From the human T2T-CHM13v2.0 reference genome, Homo sapiens, in assembly GCF_009914755.1 (NCBI RefSeq), contig NC_060933.1: DNA of 64,000 nt; one strand, written 5' to 3'. The position numbers were made by a program, and so were the translations under genes. Each line of letters starts with the position of its first letter. Positions within the stretch are counted from its first letter, which is position 1. This document shows, one piece after another, positions 1 to 14,619 of this stretch. The notes beneath the pieces are model-generated. The model ran no database searches. It was not told the DNA's origin and saw only the letters and a program-made list of their open reading frames with translations.

Positions 1-985
1 GAGAAATACACCGTGGTGTTAGAATTGAGGGTTCCAGAATCAATGGTAGTGGTGTTTATCATACCCTAAAAAATACATGAAAACATAACATATTGAAAAC
101 AACTCCGAGTAAACTTCAGAAAGTACCACCTTAGACAAAGTGCTGTCGTAACAGAGAAAGCAAACCAGAGGTGGCAAGAGGAGGCTAGAGTACTTATTTG
201 GTTTGCTGAGATGATATTAATTTTGACACATGGAGGAAATTGAGAAAATTAACATAAGTAATGACATAACCACCATTACAATGTTAAAAATTTCCAGATT
301 TCAAACAAATGAAAAATTTTTGATCTATAGAGTGAGAGGTACAAATAGGAAAAAAGACACAGTAAAGTATGAAAAATCATAAATGAGATGACAGAAAGAA
401 GTCATAATGGAACAATAATTACATAAATCAAAGGTTAAGATTGTTAGGTAAAATTTTTAAGTGTCAAAAAACACAATATAACCTATCGAAAATAAATTAG
501 TGGAAAAAATGTAGCAGGAAAATATGAATAAAAAGAGCTAGGTCCAATTTTTGATAAAAATTTGAATTCAAGTTGATAATATCCTAAAGAAGGAAAAGTC
601 TGTAGGCCAATAGAAGAAATAGCAGATGCAGAGGTGTGCTCACAAACATGAGTGCTCATGACACTAGTCATACAAACTCAAATTCCCATTACAGTTGTAT
701 ACAAACATGATGGCCGACAAGAAGGAAGTTCCTTTAAGCCCACTTGGAGCATTAAGACAAATTTACCATGTGAATCCCTAATTGAACTCTGAGTTACTTC
801 TGTGAAGGAATGAAGAATGATATCATAAATGAATTTCATATAGCACTCAAAGCTCCCCCTCTATATGGTTCAGGATAGACTTGAGTATCCACGGTTCTGG
901 AGTGCAAGGGAGGAGAAAGGAAAGGTGCATTCAGACAAAAAAAATGTGTACAGAACACACCAGGGATATCAGAAGAGGCTGCTCA

Positions 986-1324
<339 letters not shown>

Positions 1325-2021
1325 CTAGGCCTTGAACTCCAGTCCCACCTCACACCCTAAGGTTCCTAAAGAATCAGTAACTTAGTTCACCCTACCCCAC
1401 TCCTGGCTTCCAGATGTAGCACACCTTTCTAAACTTGTGCAAACAATGAGGACTATCTATTTTGACAAAATAAGAAGAAATGGAGTCAAGGCAACATATA
1501 ACAGATATTTTTGCCAGTTTTATTGATTAACAAAGAAAAATTGTATATAGTTAAGGTGTGCAGTGTGATATTTTGATATACATATACATTGTGAAGTGAT
1601 GATTACCACAATCAAGCTAACATATTCATCACCTCACCTGGTTACCTTTTTATTTGTGTTTGTGTGGTGGAGAATATTTGAGATCTACTCTTTCAGCAAA
1701 TTTCAAGTATACATTATTATTGACTTTAGTCACTATGCTGTACGTTAGATCTCCAGAACTTATTCATCTTATAACTGAAAGTTTGTACCTTGTGACAAAC
1801 ATTTTTTCTTTTCCCCCAACTCCCAGGCCCTGGTAAGCACTATTTTACTCTCTTACCATGAGTTTGACATTTTTTAAGTATGCATATAAGTGAAATCATG
1901 CAGGATATTTCTGTGTGTGTTCCTGGCTTATTTTACTTACCATAATAAACTCCAGGTTTGTCCATCTTGTTACAAATGGCAGTATTTCCTCATTTTTAAA
2001 GGCTGAATGATATTCCATTAC

Positions 2022-2059
<38 letters not shown>

Positions 2060-2495
2060 CATTTAAAACATCCATCTGTCAATGGACACAGGTAGTTTCC
2101 ATATCTTGGCTGTGTACATAACACTGCAATGAACATGTAAGTATACATATCTCTTTGAGATAGTGATTTTCTTTACTTTGGATATATACCCAGATGGGGA
2201 TTGCTGGATTATATGGGAGTTCCATTTTTAATTTTTTGAGGAAACTCCATACTGTTGTCACTAATGGCTGTACCAATTTACGTTCCCATCAACTATCAAC
2301 TAAGCACAAGGGTTTCTTTTTCTCAATATCCGCAGCAACATTTGTTACCTTTTTACTGTTACAATAGCCATCCTAATAGATGTGAAGTGATATCTCATTG
2401 TGCATTTTCCTGATGATTAGTGATGGCAAACATCCTTTTATTAGTATATACCTATTGTCAATCGTATGTCTTTTAGAAATGTATCTCTTCAGGTC

Positions 2496-4786
2496 TGATA
2501 TGCTTTGGCTGTGTCCCCACCCAAATCTCATGTTGAATTGTAGCTCCCATAATTCCCATGTGTTATCGGAGGGACCCAGTAGGAGACAGTTGAATCATGG
2601 GAGCAGTTTTCCCCATACTGTTTTTGTGGTAGTAAATAAGCCTCACAAGTTCCGATTGTTTTATAAGCGATTTCCTTTTTCACTTGGCTTTCATTCTGTC
2701 TTGCCTGCTGCTGTGTAATATGTGCCTTTAGCCTCCCACCATAAGTAAGGCCTCCCCAGCCTCATGGAACTGTGAGTCCATTAAACCTCTTTTTCTTTAT
2801 AAATCACACTGTCTTTGGTATGCCTTTATGAGCAGCATGAAAACAGATGAATACAGTAAATTGGTACTGGTAGAGTGGCGTGCTGCTGTAAAGTTATCCA
2901 AAAATGTGGAACCAACTTCGGAACTGGGTAAGAGGCAGAGGTTGGAACAGTTTGGAGGGCTCACAGAAAGACAGAAAAACATGAGAAAATTTGGAACTCC
3001 CTAGAGACTTGTTGAGTAGCTTTGACCAAAATGCTAATAATGATATGGACAATGAAATTCAGGCTGAGGTTGTCTGAGACGGAGATGAGGAACTTGTTGG
3101 GAACTGGAGTAAAGGTAAATCTTGCTATGTTTTAGCAAGGAGACTGGCAGCATTTTGCCCCTGCCCTAGAGATTTGTGGAAATTTGAACGTGAAGGAGAT
3201 GATTTAGGGTAACTGGCAGAATAAATTTCTAAGCAGCAAAGCATTCAAGAGGTGACTTGGGTGCTGTTAAAAGCATTCAGCTTTAAAAGGAAACAGCATA
3301 AAACTTTGGAAAATTTGCAGCCAAACGATGTGATAGACAAGAAAAACCAATTTTCTGAGGAGAAATTCAAGCCAGCTGCAGAAATTTGCATAAGCAACAA
3401 GGACCCAAATGTTCATCCCCAAGACAATGGGGAAAATATCTCCAGGACATGTCAGAGACCTTTGTGGCAGTCCCTCCCATCACAGGCCAGGAGGCCTAAA
3501 AGGAAAAAATGGTTTCCTGGGCTGGATTCAGAGGCCCCCTGCTGTGTGCCACTTTGAGACTTGATGCCCTGCATCCCAGCCACTTTAGCCATGGCTAAAA
3601 GGGGCCAAGGTACAGCGTGGACTGTGGCTACAGAGGGCGCAAGCCCCAAACCTTGGCAGTTTCACATGGTGTTGAGTCTGTGGGTGCACAGAAGTCAAGA
3701 ACTGAGGTTTGGGAACCTCTGCCTAGATTTCAGAGGATGTATGGAAACACCTAGATGTCCAGGCAGCATTTTGCTGTGGGGTGCGGGGGGCCCTCATGGA
3801 AAACCTCTGCTAGGACAGTGCAGAAGGGAAATGTAGGGTTGAAGCCCCCACAGAGTCCCCACTCGGGTACTGCCTACTGGAGCTGTGAGAAGTAGGCCAC
3901 CGTCCTCTGGACACCAGAATGGTAGATACACCAACAGCTTGACCATGCACACGGGAAGGCCACAGACAATGCCAGCTCATGAAAGCAACCAGGAGGGGGG
4001 ATATGTCCTGCAAAGCCACAGGGGTGGAGCTGCCCAAGGCCGTGGGAGCCCGCCTCTTGCATAAGTGTGACCTGGATGTGAGACATGGAGTCAAGGGAGT
4101 GCATTTTGGCACTTTAAGATTTGACTGGACTGCTGAGTTTTGGATTTGGGGCCTGTAGCCTCTTTGTTTTGGCCAATTTCAACCATTGGGAACAGGTATA
4201 TTTACCCCCTCCCTGTACCTCCATTGTATCTGGAAAGTAACTGACTTGCTTTTGACTTTATGGGCTCATAGCTGGAAGGGACTTGCCTTGTCTCAGATAA
4301 GACTTTGGAGAGTGGACTTTTGAGTTAATGCTGAAATGAGTTAAGATGTTGGGGGACTGTTGGGAAGGCGTAATTTGCTTTCAAATGTGAAGACATGGGA
4401 TTTGGGAGGAGCCAGGGCAGAATGATATGATTTGGCTGTGTCCCTACCCAAATCTCATCTTGAATTGTAGTTCCCATAATTCCCACATGTTGTGGGAGGG
4501 ACCTGGCGGAAGACAATTGAATCATGGGGGCAGTTTCTCCCATACTTTTCTCGTGGTAGTAAATAAATCTCACAAGATCTGATTGCTTTATAAGGGGTTT
4601 CCCGTTTTGCTTGGCTTTCATCCTGCCTTGCTGGCTGTCATGTAAGACCTGCCTTTCACCTTCCAACTGTGATCATGAGGCCTCCCCACCTATGTTGAAC
4701 TGTGAGTCCATTAAACCTCTTTTTCCTTTATAAATAACCCAGTCTCAGGTATGTCTTTATCAGCAGCATGAAAACAGACTAATACA
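2496..4786 (+). mobile_element. Full-length THE1 (A/B-like) MaLR: LTR 2496-2855, internal 2856-4422, LTR 4423-4786
   Basis: Both LTRs begin tgatatg..tttggctgtgtccc and end aataca; perfect 5-bp TSD aggtc (2491-2495, 4787-4791). Confidence 0.95.
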
Positions 4787-5627
4787 AGGTCCTTTGGAAT
4801 CATCTGAGTTCCTAATTTATTTGGATATTAACTTCTTATCAGATATATAGCATGTAAATATTTTCTCCCATTCTTTAGGTTGTCTTTTCATTGTATTGAT
4901 TGTCTCCTTTGCTGTGCTGAATCTTTTGATTTAGTCCCATTTGTCTAGTTTTGCTTTTGTTGTCTATACTTTTGGTGTCAAATCTGAAAATTTATTACCA
5001 ATACCAGTGTCAAGGAGCTTTTCTCCTATATTTATGTCTAAGAGTTTTACAATATTGCTCCTAGGTTGAGGTCTTTTATCAATTTTGAGTCAATTTTTGT
5101 ATGTAGGGTCAGATAAGGGTTCAGTTTCATTCTTCTGCATGTGGATATCCAGTTTTCCCAACACCATTTATTAAAGAGACTAAACTTTTATCATTGTGTA
5201 TTCTTGGCACCAATGCTGAAGATCAATTGATTGTAAAGGCATGGATTTGTTTCTGTGCTCTCTATTCTTTTCCCTTGGCCTACATGTCTGTTTTTATGCC
5301 AGTACCATACTATTTTAATTACTATAGCTTTATAATTTAGTTTGGAATAAGGTAATGTGATGCTTCCACTTTTGTTTTTTCTGCTCAATGATGTTTTGAC
5401 TGTTTGGGGTCTGTTGCACACAGATTTTAGAATTGCTTTTTTCCATTTCTTTGAAAAATGCCACTGAAATTTTGATAGGGGTTGCATTATATCTGTAGAT
5501 CACACTGAGTAATAGAGATTCTTTTATCTTCAAATTCTTTCATCAGTGTTTTATAGTTTTTGGTATATAGAAATTTTACTTTCTGATTTAAATTTATTCC
5601 TAAGTTAATTTTTTGATGCTATTGTAA

Positions 5628-5916
<289 letters not shown>

Positions 5917-6189
5917 GAGATTGTTTTCTTAAATTCTTTCTGGGATAGTTCACTGTTAGTATATAGAAATGCAACAGGTTGTTTTTTTTTTTTTTTTAAT
6001 GTCAATTATGTGTTCTGTAAATTTGCTGAATTTGTTTCTTAATTTTAACAAGTTTTCTTTTTGGAGCCTTTAGAATTTTCTCTGTATAAGATCATGTCAT
6101 CTTGAAATAGACACACTTTCACTTCTTTTCCAATTTGGATGCCTTTTATTTCTTTTTCTTACCTAATTGCTCTGGCTAAGACTTACAGA

Positions 6190-8573
6190 CTTTTTCAGAA
6201 ACCCCCCAGAGTAATCTAGGGGAGTCCACTGTCACTAGATCTGCTTTATAAGAAACCCTAAAGGGAGGTCCTCAAACTGAAATGCAATAAGACTAATTAG
6301 TATCATGAAACCATATGCAGTTATAAAAAGTCACTGGTAACTATACAGTCAAATTCAAAATACTCTTAATACTGTAATGATGCAGTATAATCACTTTAAC
6401 TTTTAAAAGGTTAAAAGACAAAAAATACTACAAATAAATATAATTACAAAATATACAAAGAAAGAAACTCTGACATCAAAAAACATAAGTGGAGGGGAGT
6501 AAAGTGTAGGGTTTTTTTATATGATTGAAGTTAAGTTGTTATCAACTTAAAATAGACCATTATAACTACAATCATGCATTTCTTAATGCAGATATGTTCT
6601 GAATAATGCAATTTTGTCATGGTGTGAATATCATAGAGTATACTTACACAAAATTAGATAATACTAGCTAACACACACCCAGGCTATATGGTATAACCTA
6701 TTGTTTCCAGGCTACAAATCTGTACAGCACTGTACTATACTGAATGCTATAGGCAACTGTAATACAATCATAAGCATTTGTATATCTAATGTATCTAAAC
6801 ATATGAAAGGTACAATAAAAATGTTATAACCTTATGGGACCACCGTTGTATATGTGGCCCATCATTGACCAAAACATCCTTGTGTGGCACACGATAGCAT
6901 ACAATGTTTTATGTAAGCCTCATGATAATCACAAAGACAAACATGTAACAGATACACAAATGAGAATTTTACCACATGTTTAAAAAAGAATTAATACAAA
7001 GGCACAGCAAAGAATCAAAGTATACCACTACAGAAAATAATGAAAGTAATCAAATCATGCACAGCAAGAGAGAAATAAAAGAACAAAATAACTACAAAAT
7101 GCCTATCAATAGTTACTTTAAATATCAGTGGACCAAATTAGTGAAACAAAAGACACAGAGTGGCTGAATGGATAGTATAACAAGAACCAAATATATGCCA
7201 CCTATAAGAGACTCACTTCACCTTTAGAGACACACATAGACTGAAAGAGAGGGAACAAAAAAAGACAAAGAGTAGCTATTCTTACAACAAACAAAATAGA
7301 TTTTAAGTCAAAAACTGTAACAAGAGACAAAGAAAGTCATTATAGAATGATACAAGGGTCAATTCATCAAGAGGATATAACTACTGCAAATATATATTCT
7401 CCCAACATTGGAGCACCTAATTATATAAAGCAAATATTAACAAATCTGAAGAGAGAAGTGGACAACAATAATACAATAACAGTAGGGGACTTCCATATCC
7501 CACTTTCAACAATGGATTAATCATTCAGACAGATAATCATTAAAGAAACAGCTGACGTGAACTACACTATAGATCAAATGGACCAGACATATACATGACA
7601 TTCCTTTCCAAAACAGCAAAATACACATTCTTCTCGAGCATACACAGTACATTCTCCAACATAGGTCATATATTAGGCCAGAAAACAAGTCTTAGCAAAT
7701 TTAAGAATATTGAGATCTCACCAAGTATTCTTTTTGACTACAGTGGCATGAAACTGAAAATTAAAAACAGGAGAAAACTTAGAAAAGTGACAAATATGTG
7801 GAAATCAACCAACACACTCCTCAATAACCAGTAGATCAAAGAAAACATCAAAAAAGAAATAAAATAACTTGAGACAAACTAAAATGAAAGCACGACATAC
7901 TAAAACTTATGAGATGAAGCAAAAGCCATTCTAAGAGAGGGAAGTTTATACAGATAAGTGCTAAATAAAGAAAAAAGATCTCAAATAAACCTCAAAAAAT
8001 AGAAAAAAAAATCAAGCCCAAAATTAGAAGAAGGAAATAACAAAGATCATAGCAGAAATAAATGAAATAGACTAGAAAAACAATAGAAAAGATCAATGAA
8101 ATGAAGAGCTGATTTTTTGAAAAGATAATAAAAATTGACCAACCTATTACTAGGCTAAGAAAAAAGAAATCTCAAGTAAATAAAATTAGAACAAAAAAGG
8201 AGATATTAAAATTGGTACCATAGAAATACAAAGGATAATAATAGTCTAAACAACTATGTGTCAACAAATTGTTTAACTTAGAATAGAGAAATTTCTAGAA
8301 ACATACATCCACTAAGACTGAAACATGAAGAAATATAAAATAAAAACAGATAAATAATGAGTAAAAATATTGAGTCAGTAGTCAAAAAGCTCCTGAAAAA
8401 GGAAAATCCAAGACCAGATAGCTTAGTGGAGAATTCTACCAAATGTTTGAAGAAGAATTAATACCATTTCTTCACAAACACTTCCAAAAGTTGAAGAGGA
8501 GGGAACACTTCCAAACATTTTTTATGAGGCCAGCATTACCCTGATAACAAAGACAGAAAAGGACACTACAAGG
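6190..8573 (+). mobile_element. Old L1 segment (ORF1 end, linker, ORF2 endonuclease to start of RT); probable inverted 5' part of the 1513-6185 element
   Basis: Plus-strand ORF2 remnants (KYTFFSSIHSTFSNIGHILGQKTSLSKFKNIEI); ends at 'cattaccctgataacaaagacagaaaaggacactaca'. Confidence 0.88.
6569..6899 (-). mobile_element. Tigger3a-like (MER7) DNA transposon MITE inside L1
   Basis: Characteristic 'ttatgggaccaccgttgtatatgtggcccatcattgaccaaaacatc' and 'ggctatatggtataacctattg..ggctacaaatctgtacagca'. Confidence 0.8.
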
Positions 8574-8692
8574 ATGACAGATATTTTTAAGGTACAAATG
8601 ATGTATTGCTGGAATTGAAAATACAGGCTTTGTTAGTACAAAGATTTGTGTGTGGATAGATGGATGTGTATTGGTGTGTGCATGCATACATA

Positions 8693-9222
8693 TACAAGCT
8701 TACCTTGTTTTATTGCACTTCACTTTATTATGCTTCTCAGATATTGCAGTTTTTACAGGTTGAAGGTTTGTAGCAACCGTGCACCAAGCAAGTCTACCAG
8801 TGCCACTTTTCTGGTAGCATGTGCTTATTTTGCACCTCTGTGTTACATCTTTGTAATTCTTGTAGTATTTCAAATGTTTTGTTATTATTATATCTGTTAT
8901 GGTGATCTGTTATCAGTGATCATTGATATTACTATTGTCATTGTTTTGGGGCATCACAAGCCATGGTCCAAAAGACAATGAGCTTAATTGATACCTATGT
9001 GTATTCGAATGGTTCCATCAATCTGCCCTTCCTCCATCTCCCCCTCTCCTCAGGTCTGTTTTCTGAGACACAGCAATATTGAAATTAGGCCAATTAATAA
9101 CTCTATAAAGGCCTCTGTGTTCAAGTGAAAGTAAGAGTCACACATCTCTTATTATAAATCTAAAGTGAGAAATGATTAAGCTGAGTGAGGAAGGTATGTT
9201 AAAAGCCGAGACAGGCCAAAAG
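8693..9222 (+). mobile_element. Tigger1 5' fragment
   Basis: 'taccttgttttattgcacttcactttatt' through the transposase start ([16 protein letters not shown]). Confidence 0.88.
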
Positions 9223-9316
9223 GCCCAGGCTGGTCTCGAACGCCTGACCTCAAGCAATCCACCTGCCGCAGCCTCCCAGGTAGCTGAGATTAAAGGCATG
9301 AGCCACCATGTCCAGC
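9223..9316 (-). mobile_element. Alu left-arm/FLAM fragment
   Basis: gcccaggctggtctcgaacgcctgacctcaagcaatcc...gagccaccatgtccagc. Confidence 0.8.
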
Positions 9317-9429
9317 TTCTATGCATTATTTTAAATGGAGTATTGAAGACTCTATTACTGTAGAACTATTTCTAACTTCAATTCTGTCAATATTTGGGTC
9401 ACAGGCCTTAATGTTATTACACGCTAGTC

Positions 9430-9780
9430 TGATGCTCATGGCCAGGACATTTTGTTTTCCTGTTGGACATAAACAATCTCACAGAATATCAACTTCAGAA
9501 GGTTAATCTGAGACCGTGATAAGTGCAAACAAAAACAAGGGCACTTTATAATGTTGTCTAAGTGCAGATAAAAAACAAGGTCTTGATGCCACCCACAAAA
9601 TACTTAATAATCATATTGCTCCTGCTTTCTGACAGCATCCAATCTAAAGTCTTCACTTTCTGAGATCCTGTCCGAAATCAACCAATTAAAGCCCAAATCG
9701 TATAATAGTTTCTCTCTAACTCCTCCCACTGAGATGACCCATAGTACCCCATTCCTTGCTGCAATGTAATTACAAGTGTG
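9430..9780. mobile_element. Probable degenerate ERV1-class LTR (MER34/MER39-like)
   Basis: LTR-like motifs ('cataaacaatctcacagaa', 'aatcaaccaattaaagcccaaatc..tataatag'); family uncertain. Confidence 0.4.
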
Positions 9781-9879
9781 CTCCTGGTGGTCTTTAACTG
9801 AAGGGCACTGACTGGGTACTGGTGAAGTTCCCCGCAGGAACTGAGTCAGACCCCATCTCAGGGCCCTGCAGAAGATAGG

Positions 9880-10750
9880 TGCCTGCTCTAAGGCGTGGAC
9901 CCTCGCGACAGCCCTGGCCCGTCTTGACGGGCGAGGGTTACTGTACTTGTCCCAACCATACAGATGAGAAAGCTCAGACTCAGGGCCAGCAACCCCGGTC
10001 CCAGCGGAGCGCCCGGCACGCGCCGACACTTCAGCACCAGTCGCGGTGGCCACCACTGTGCGCGGAGATGGCTGCGACGCGTGCGCAGGTAAAGTCCATC
10101 CGTGCCTTGCCTCCCACCGGCGCCTTCCACCGCCTCTGGTTTTGTCCCCGCCAGCGGCTCCGACTCCATCGCGTCCTCTTCCAGTCTAGTGCTTTTTTCC
10201 AGATCTCGATCCCAAACTCCCTCCTGCCAGAATCTGGACCCGAATCCACCCATTGCCCATTTTCCGCTGCCGCTGGAGAGAATCTCTGAGGTCCCCAGGA
10301 CAGCCTGCCTGCACGGAAGAGATGCCTCCTCAGTATGGCCGCCCCCGGAGAGGAGCGATTAAGTGCAGACCTCCATGTTGCTCTTGAGCCTGAGCGGCTT
10401 CAGGGAGCCATGTTTGTTACTGGCGGGCGCCGGCCTCACTGAGCATGTGCAGCCCTGGCCGGGCGGCCTCAAAGTTCTGACATCACAGGGCGGTTCCTGA
10501 AGTGGACGTAGTTGTAAGAGCTAGTTATTTTAGACAATGCCTCTAGGATCAGGGACTCTAATCTGGAAATAGGTAGTGGGAGAGGTCGGTGATGCTGTCT
10601 CGGGGTCAGAGACCTGAGCTATATGGGGTTAGAGAGGGGCCCTGGGCAGGCGAGTCTCTGGGGAGTGTGGTGAGAATCCTTGTGTAAGATGCTGGGAGGA
10701 GGTGGGGTCAGGGCTGGGGTCCGTGGGCCGACGGGTTGGGGGATGGCCAG
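9880..10750. promoter_or_regulatory. CpG island / probable bidirectional promoter
   Basis: Strong CpG enrichment in otherwise CpG-depleted DNA; GC boxes gggcgg (10461, 10488); NRF1-like tgagcatgtgca (10440-10451); YY1-like agatggc (10066); splice donor CAG|GTAAA at 10088/10089. Confidence 0.75.
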
Positions 10751-11479
10751 CGTCAGGGATCAGTAGTAGAGATTCTATGTGCCCTGATCGCCAGTAGAGG
10801 TTTTAAATACAGAGTATTCATGAGTTTAGCAATGTTATTCGCCTCTCATAATTTAAATAATTTGAAGTTTTCCCCCAGTAACTAGTGTCTTAGAAGTCAT
10901 GAAAATTTCAGAAAATGACAGGTCTTCTGAGTTCGTGATGGGAGTTGGGCAGCAGTCGCATACGAGCACCTGGAGAGTCCTTGCCAGTTCTTTGGGGATG
11001 GGGAGCTCTTAAGACTGCCCTGAGACCGCCCTTTGACCTCATTGTGGTCCTTTCTAGATTAAATGCTGTTTTCCATGACCGTCTCTGTTCTTCCCATACG
11101 CGAATGGCAGGCATCCAGATCTCCAAGAATAGAGGATTAGGAGAGACTCCACCACCTATGTCCTCACAGTTAATTATCGATTTGTGTCACTTGCCCATTT
11201 TCTCACTTCCTGTTTGTGTGTCAAGGAGTATTAATAAATCTTTGCCTATTTAAAGATACTAGCCTTGGATTTTCAAATATTGCATATTTTGACATGTAAA
11301 AATGTGTTAGTTTTATTTTTTCAACCGATCTGACCTGTATAGTTGGGCTTGAGGAAGCTTCCTCATTGTACATGTTACTATGGATTTTCTAATATTAACA
11401 CAGGGTTGTATTTTTTCCATATAACTTTCTATTGAATTTCTTTTTCCATATGATAGGTGGTGAAGGTTTAGCCCAGTAA

Positions 11480-11675
11480 AGCAGAGAGGTTAAGAGGTTA
11501 GACTGGGGGCTCTGGAGCCAGACCTATGTAGATCTGAGTCCTGGCTCTGGCACTTGAAAGCCGTGTGACCTTGGTTAAGATACTTAGCCCCTCTCTGCCA
11601 AATGGAGAAATAAGGACACCTACCCCGTAGGGTAGTTGTGTGAGTACACAAGTTAATACACTTCAATCACTAGCA
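11480..11675 (+). mobile_element. MIR
   Basis: 'ggctctggagccagacc..tcctggctctggcactt..tgtgaccttggttaagatactta..acctaccccgtagggtagttgtg'. Confidence 0.75.
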
Positions 11676-12459
11676 AGAAAGTGAATGTCAAGCTGTATTT
11701 GTTCAGGCAGCCATATGGTAGCCCCACCTCATTAGTAAACTGAGGTATTGAAGTATCTTCTTTTTCTTTCAGAAAATATTTGTCAAGCACCTTCTGTGTT
11801 CTAAGAACTGTTCTAGAGCTTTGCATGCTATGGAGGTCTAGAAATTCACATTATGGTGGCAGGTGACAGACAATACAAAGAGATAAAGCAATTTCATATA
11901 GTGATAACCTAGGGAGGCGTGCTAAAAGGAGCCAAGGTGTAGTGGTGACTGGAAGGTGACCAGGGAAACCACTGTAGGGTTTCTAACTGATGAGATCTGT
12001 GACAAATCCCTGTGGTCAGCAGCAGGCATTGGATATGTAACTTTATTCTGTCCCATTGATCTTGTAGTCAACCCTGGTCTGTTCTGTATTGTTTTAATTA
12101 CATAATCTTTGTAATAATCTTTAATACCTGGTGGAGTGCTCTGTTTACTTATTTCTGCATAATTAACCACCCCTAAGCTTAACTTACTCATGGTTCTGCA
12201 GGATGACTGCTCTCCATGGTTCTAGGGGTTTCTGCATGGGGCCTCTCACATGTGCTACAGTCAAACATTAGCCGGGGCCACAGTCATCTGAAACTCACTT
12301 ACACGGCTGACAATTGATGTTGGCTGTTGCCTGGAGAAGACATATGTGGCCTGGTGGAATGGAATGGTGACTAGATTCAAGAAAGAGCTTCCCAGGAGCA
12401 AGGCTACCAAGAGACCGAAGTAGAGGCTTCAGTTTCTTTAAAAAAAAAAAAAAAAATCG

Positions 12460-12792
<333 letters not shown>

Positions 12793-13309
12793 TCATATTC
12801 TATGGATTGAGCAAGTTGCAAGGCAGCCAGATTCTAGGGGAAGGGAGCTATTCCTCACCTCTTGAGAAGCAATGTGTGTTGAGGAAGGGAAAGAATTGAT
12901 GGTAGCTGTCTTTGACTTCTACCATACAGAGCAAGGTCTCCACACTCCTTTCTCCTGTAATAATTTTCCATTTGAAAATTTTCCTTGCAGTTCTCACACC
13001 TTTATTATTTCATATAAATTTTACAATCAATTTTTTTCTTGTCTAGATAACCATGCCATTTGGATTAAAATTGCATTACATTGCAACTTTTGAGAAACTA
13101 TGGGAGGAGAATTGGCAACCTTATAATATTGAATTTGCTCACTAAGGAACATAGTTTCTCTGTTTATTTAGGTGTTATATTTTTCATAACATACATGTTG
13201 GTATTTCTACCCAGGCTTTTCTCTTTGTTTTGTCATGTAACGCATGAATGAGACTGCACTGTCTGTGTGATTGGGCAGTTGCCCAAAGTTTAAGGTGTTA
13301 ACATGCATT

Positions 13310-14618
13310 AATTCACTTAATCACTCCTCATTTCCTCCTTCCCTCAACCCCTGACAACCATGAATCTGCTTTCTGTCTCTAGATTTGCCTATTCTGGACA
13401 TTTTATATAAATGTGTCATCCAATATCTGGTCTTTTCTGACTAGCTTCTTTCACTTAGCAGGATTCTACAGTTTATTGAAGTTCATTCATTGTGTAGGCT
13501 GTATCAGTACTTCATTCCTGTTTATGGCTGAATAACGTTCCATTGTATGTACATATGTATGTATACCACATTTGTATATCCATTTATTTACTGGAGGATA
13601 TCTGGGTTATTTACAGTATATTTCAGGAGTCCCCAAGATCATCCTCCCCCTTGATATACTGCTCTTTGTATCTTATATGACCTGTGCAGAACTATTTATC
13701 TGGAAATTAGGTGATGGTTAACTAAATATAGTTCTTCTAAAGACTCATTTTCCATTGGTATTACATCCTGAGGAGACTTTAACTCAATCTCCCAATACAT
13801 TTGATCATCAATATCAGTATTACCACATGACTTATTTGCATGAGGTAATCAAATCTAAGCAGCCATGCCAGTGTTACCCATATTGCATGTCGTGGTAGTA
13901 GATGCAGCCCCCCAAAATAAAAGTCAAAAGATGCTGGCACATTCCTGAGGTTCTTCTCAGCCACTAACAATTGGTGTAGTTCATCATCACCTGGAATGAC
14001 CAAAATGTCTCCCATGGAAATGTGGCTCAGCTCTGTAGGCTTCCATTTAACTTTGTCAGGTTCTGAGGCAGGGCTGGCTTGAGTGGTCTTGTTTCCACTT
14101 TGGCTATGATGAATAATGCTGCTGTGAACATTAAGGTATACGTTTTTGTGTGGTTTCATTTCTTTTAAGTATATACCTTGGAGTGTAATTACTGGATCAT
14201 ATGATAACTCTGTTTTAATTTTTGAGAAACTACCAAAATGTTTTCCACAACAGACAAGATTTTACATTCCCTCAGCATTGAATGAAGGTTCTTATCCAGT
14301 TTCCTGTTTTTGCTGAGACTTCTTATTGTTTGTCTTTTGAATTTAGTTATCTCGTTGGGGTGAAGTGGTGTATCATTGTGTTTTGATTTGCATTTCCCTA
14401 ATAATGAATGTTATTGAGCACCTTCTCACATGCTTATTGGCCATTTTTCATCTTTTTGAAGAAATGTCTATTCATCTTTTGCCCATTTTTAAATTGAGTT
14501 TTCTTTTTATTGAGTTGTAAGAGTGGTTATATCATCTGGAACATGTGTTCCTTATCAGATATAGGACTTATAAGTTTTTGTCCCATTCTGTGGTTGTCCT
14601 TATTTTCTTATGTAACCA
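13310..14618 (-). mobile_element. Old L1 (L1MB/MC-type) 3' end, split by a ~470-bp insert at 13616-14089
   Basis: 'cccctgacaaccatgaatctgctttctgtctctagatttgcctattctggacattt' and 'ggctatgatgaataatgctgctgtgaac'. Confidence 0.8.
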
Positions 14619-14619
14619 T

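Noticed and set aside
9604-10362. Overlapping ORFs in the CpG island as real proteins
   Set aside because: ORFs on both strands, no domain, several non-ATG starts; expected in GC-rich DNA.
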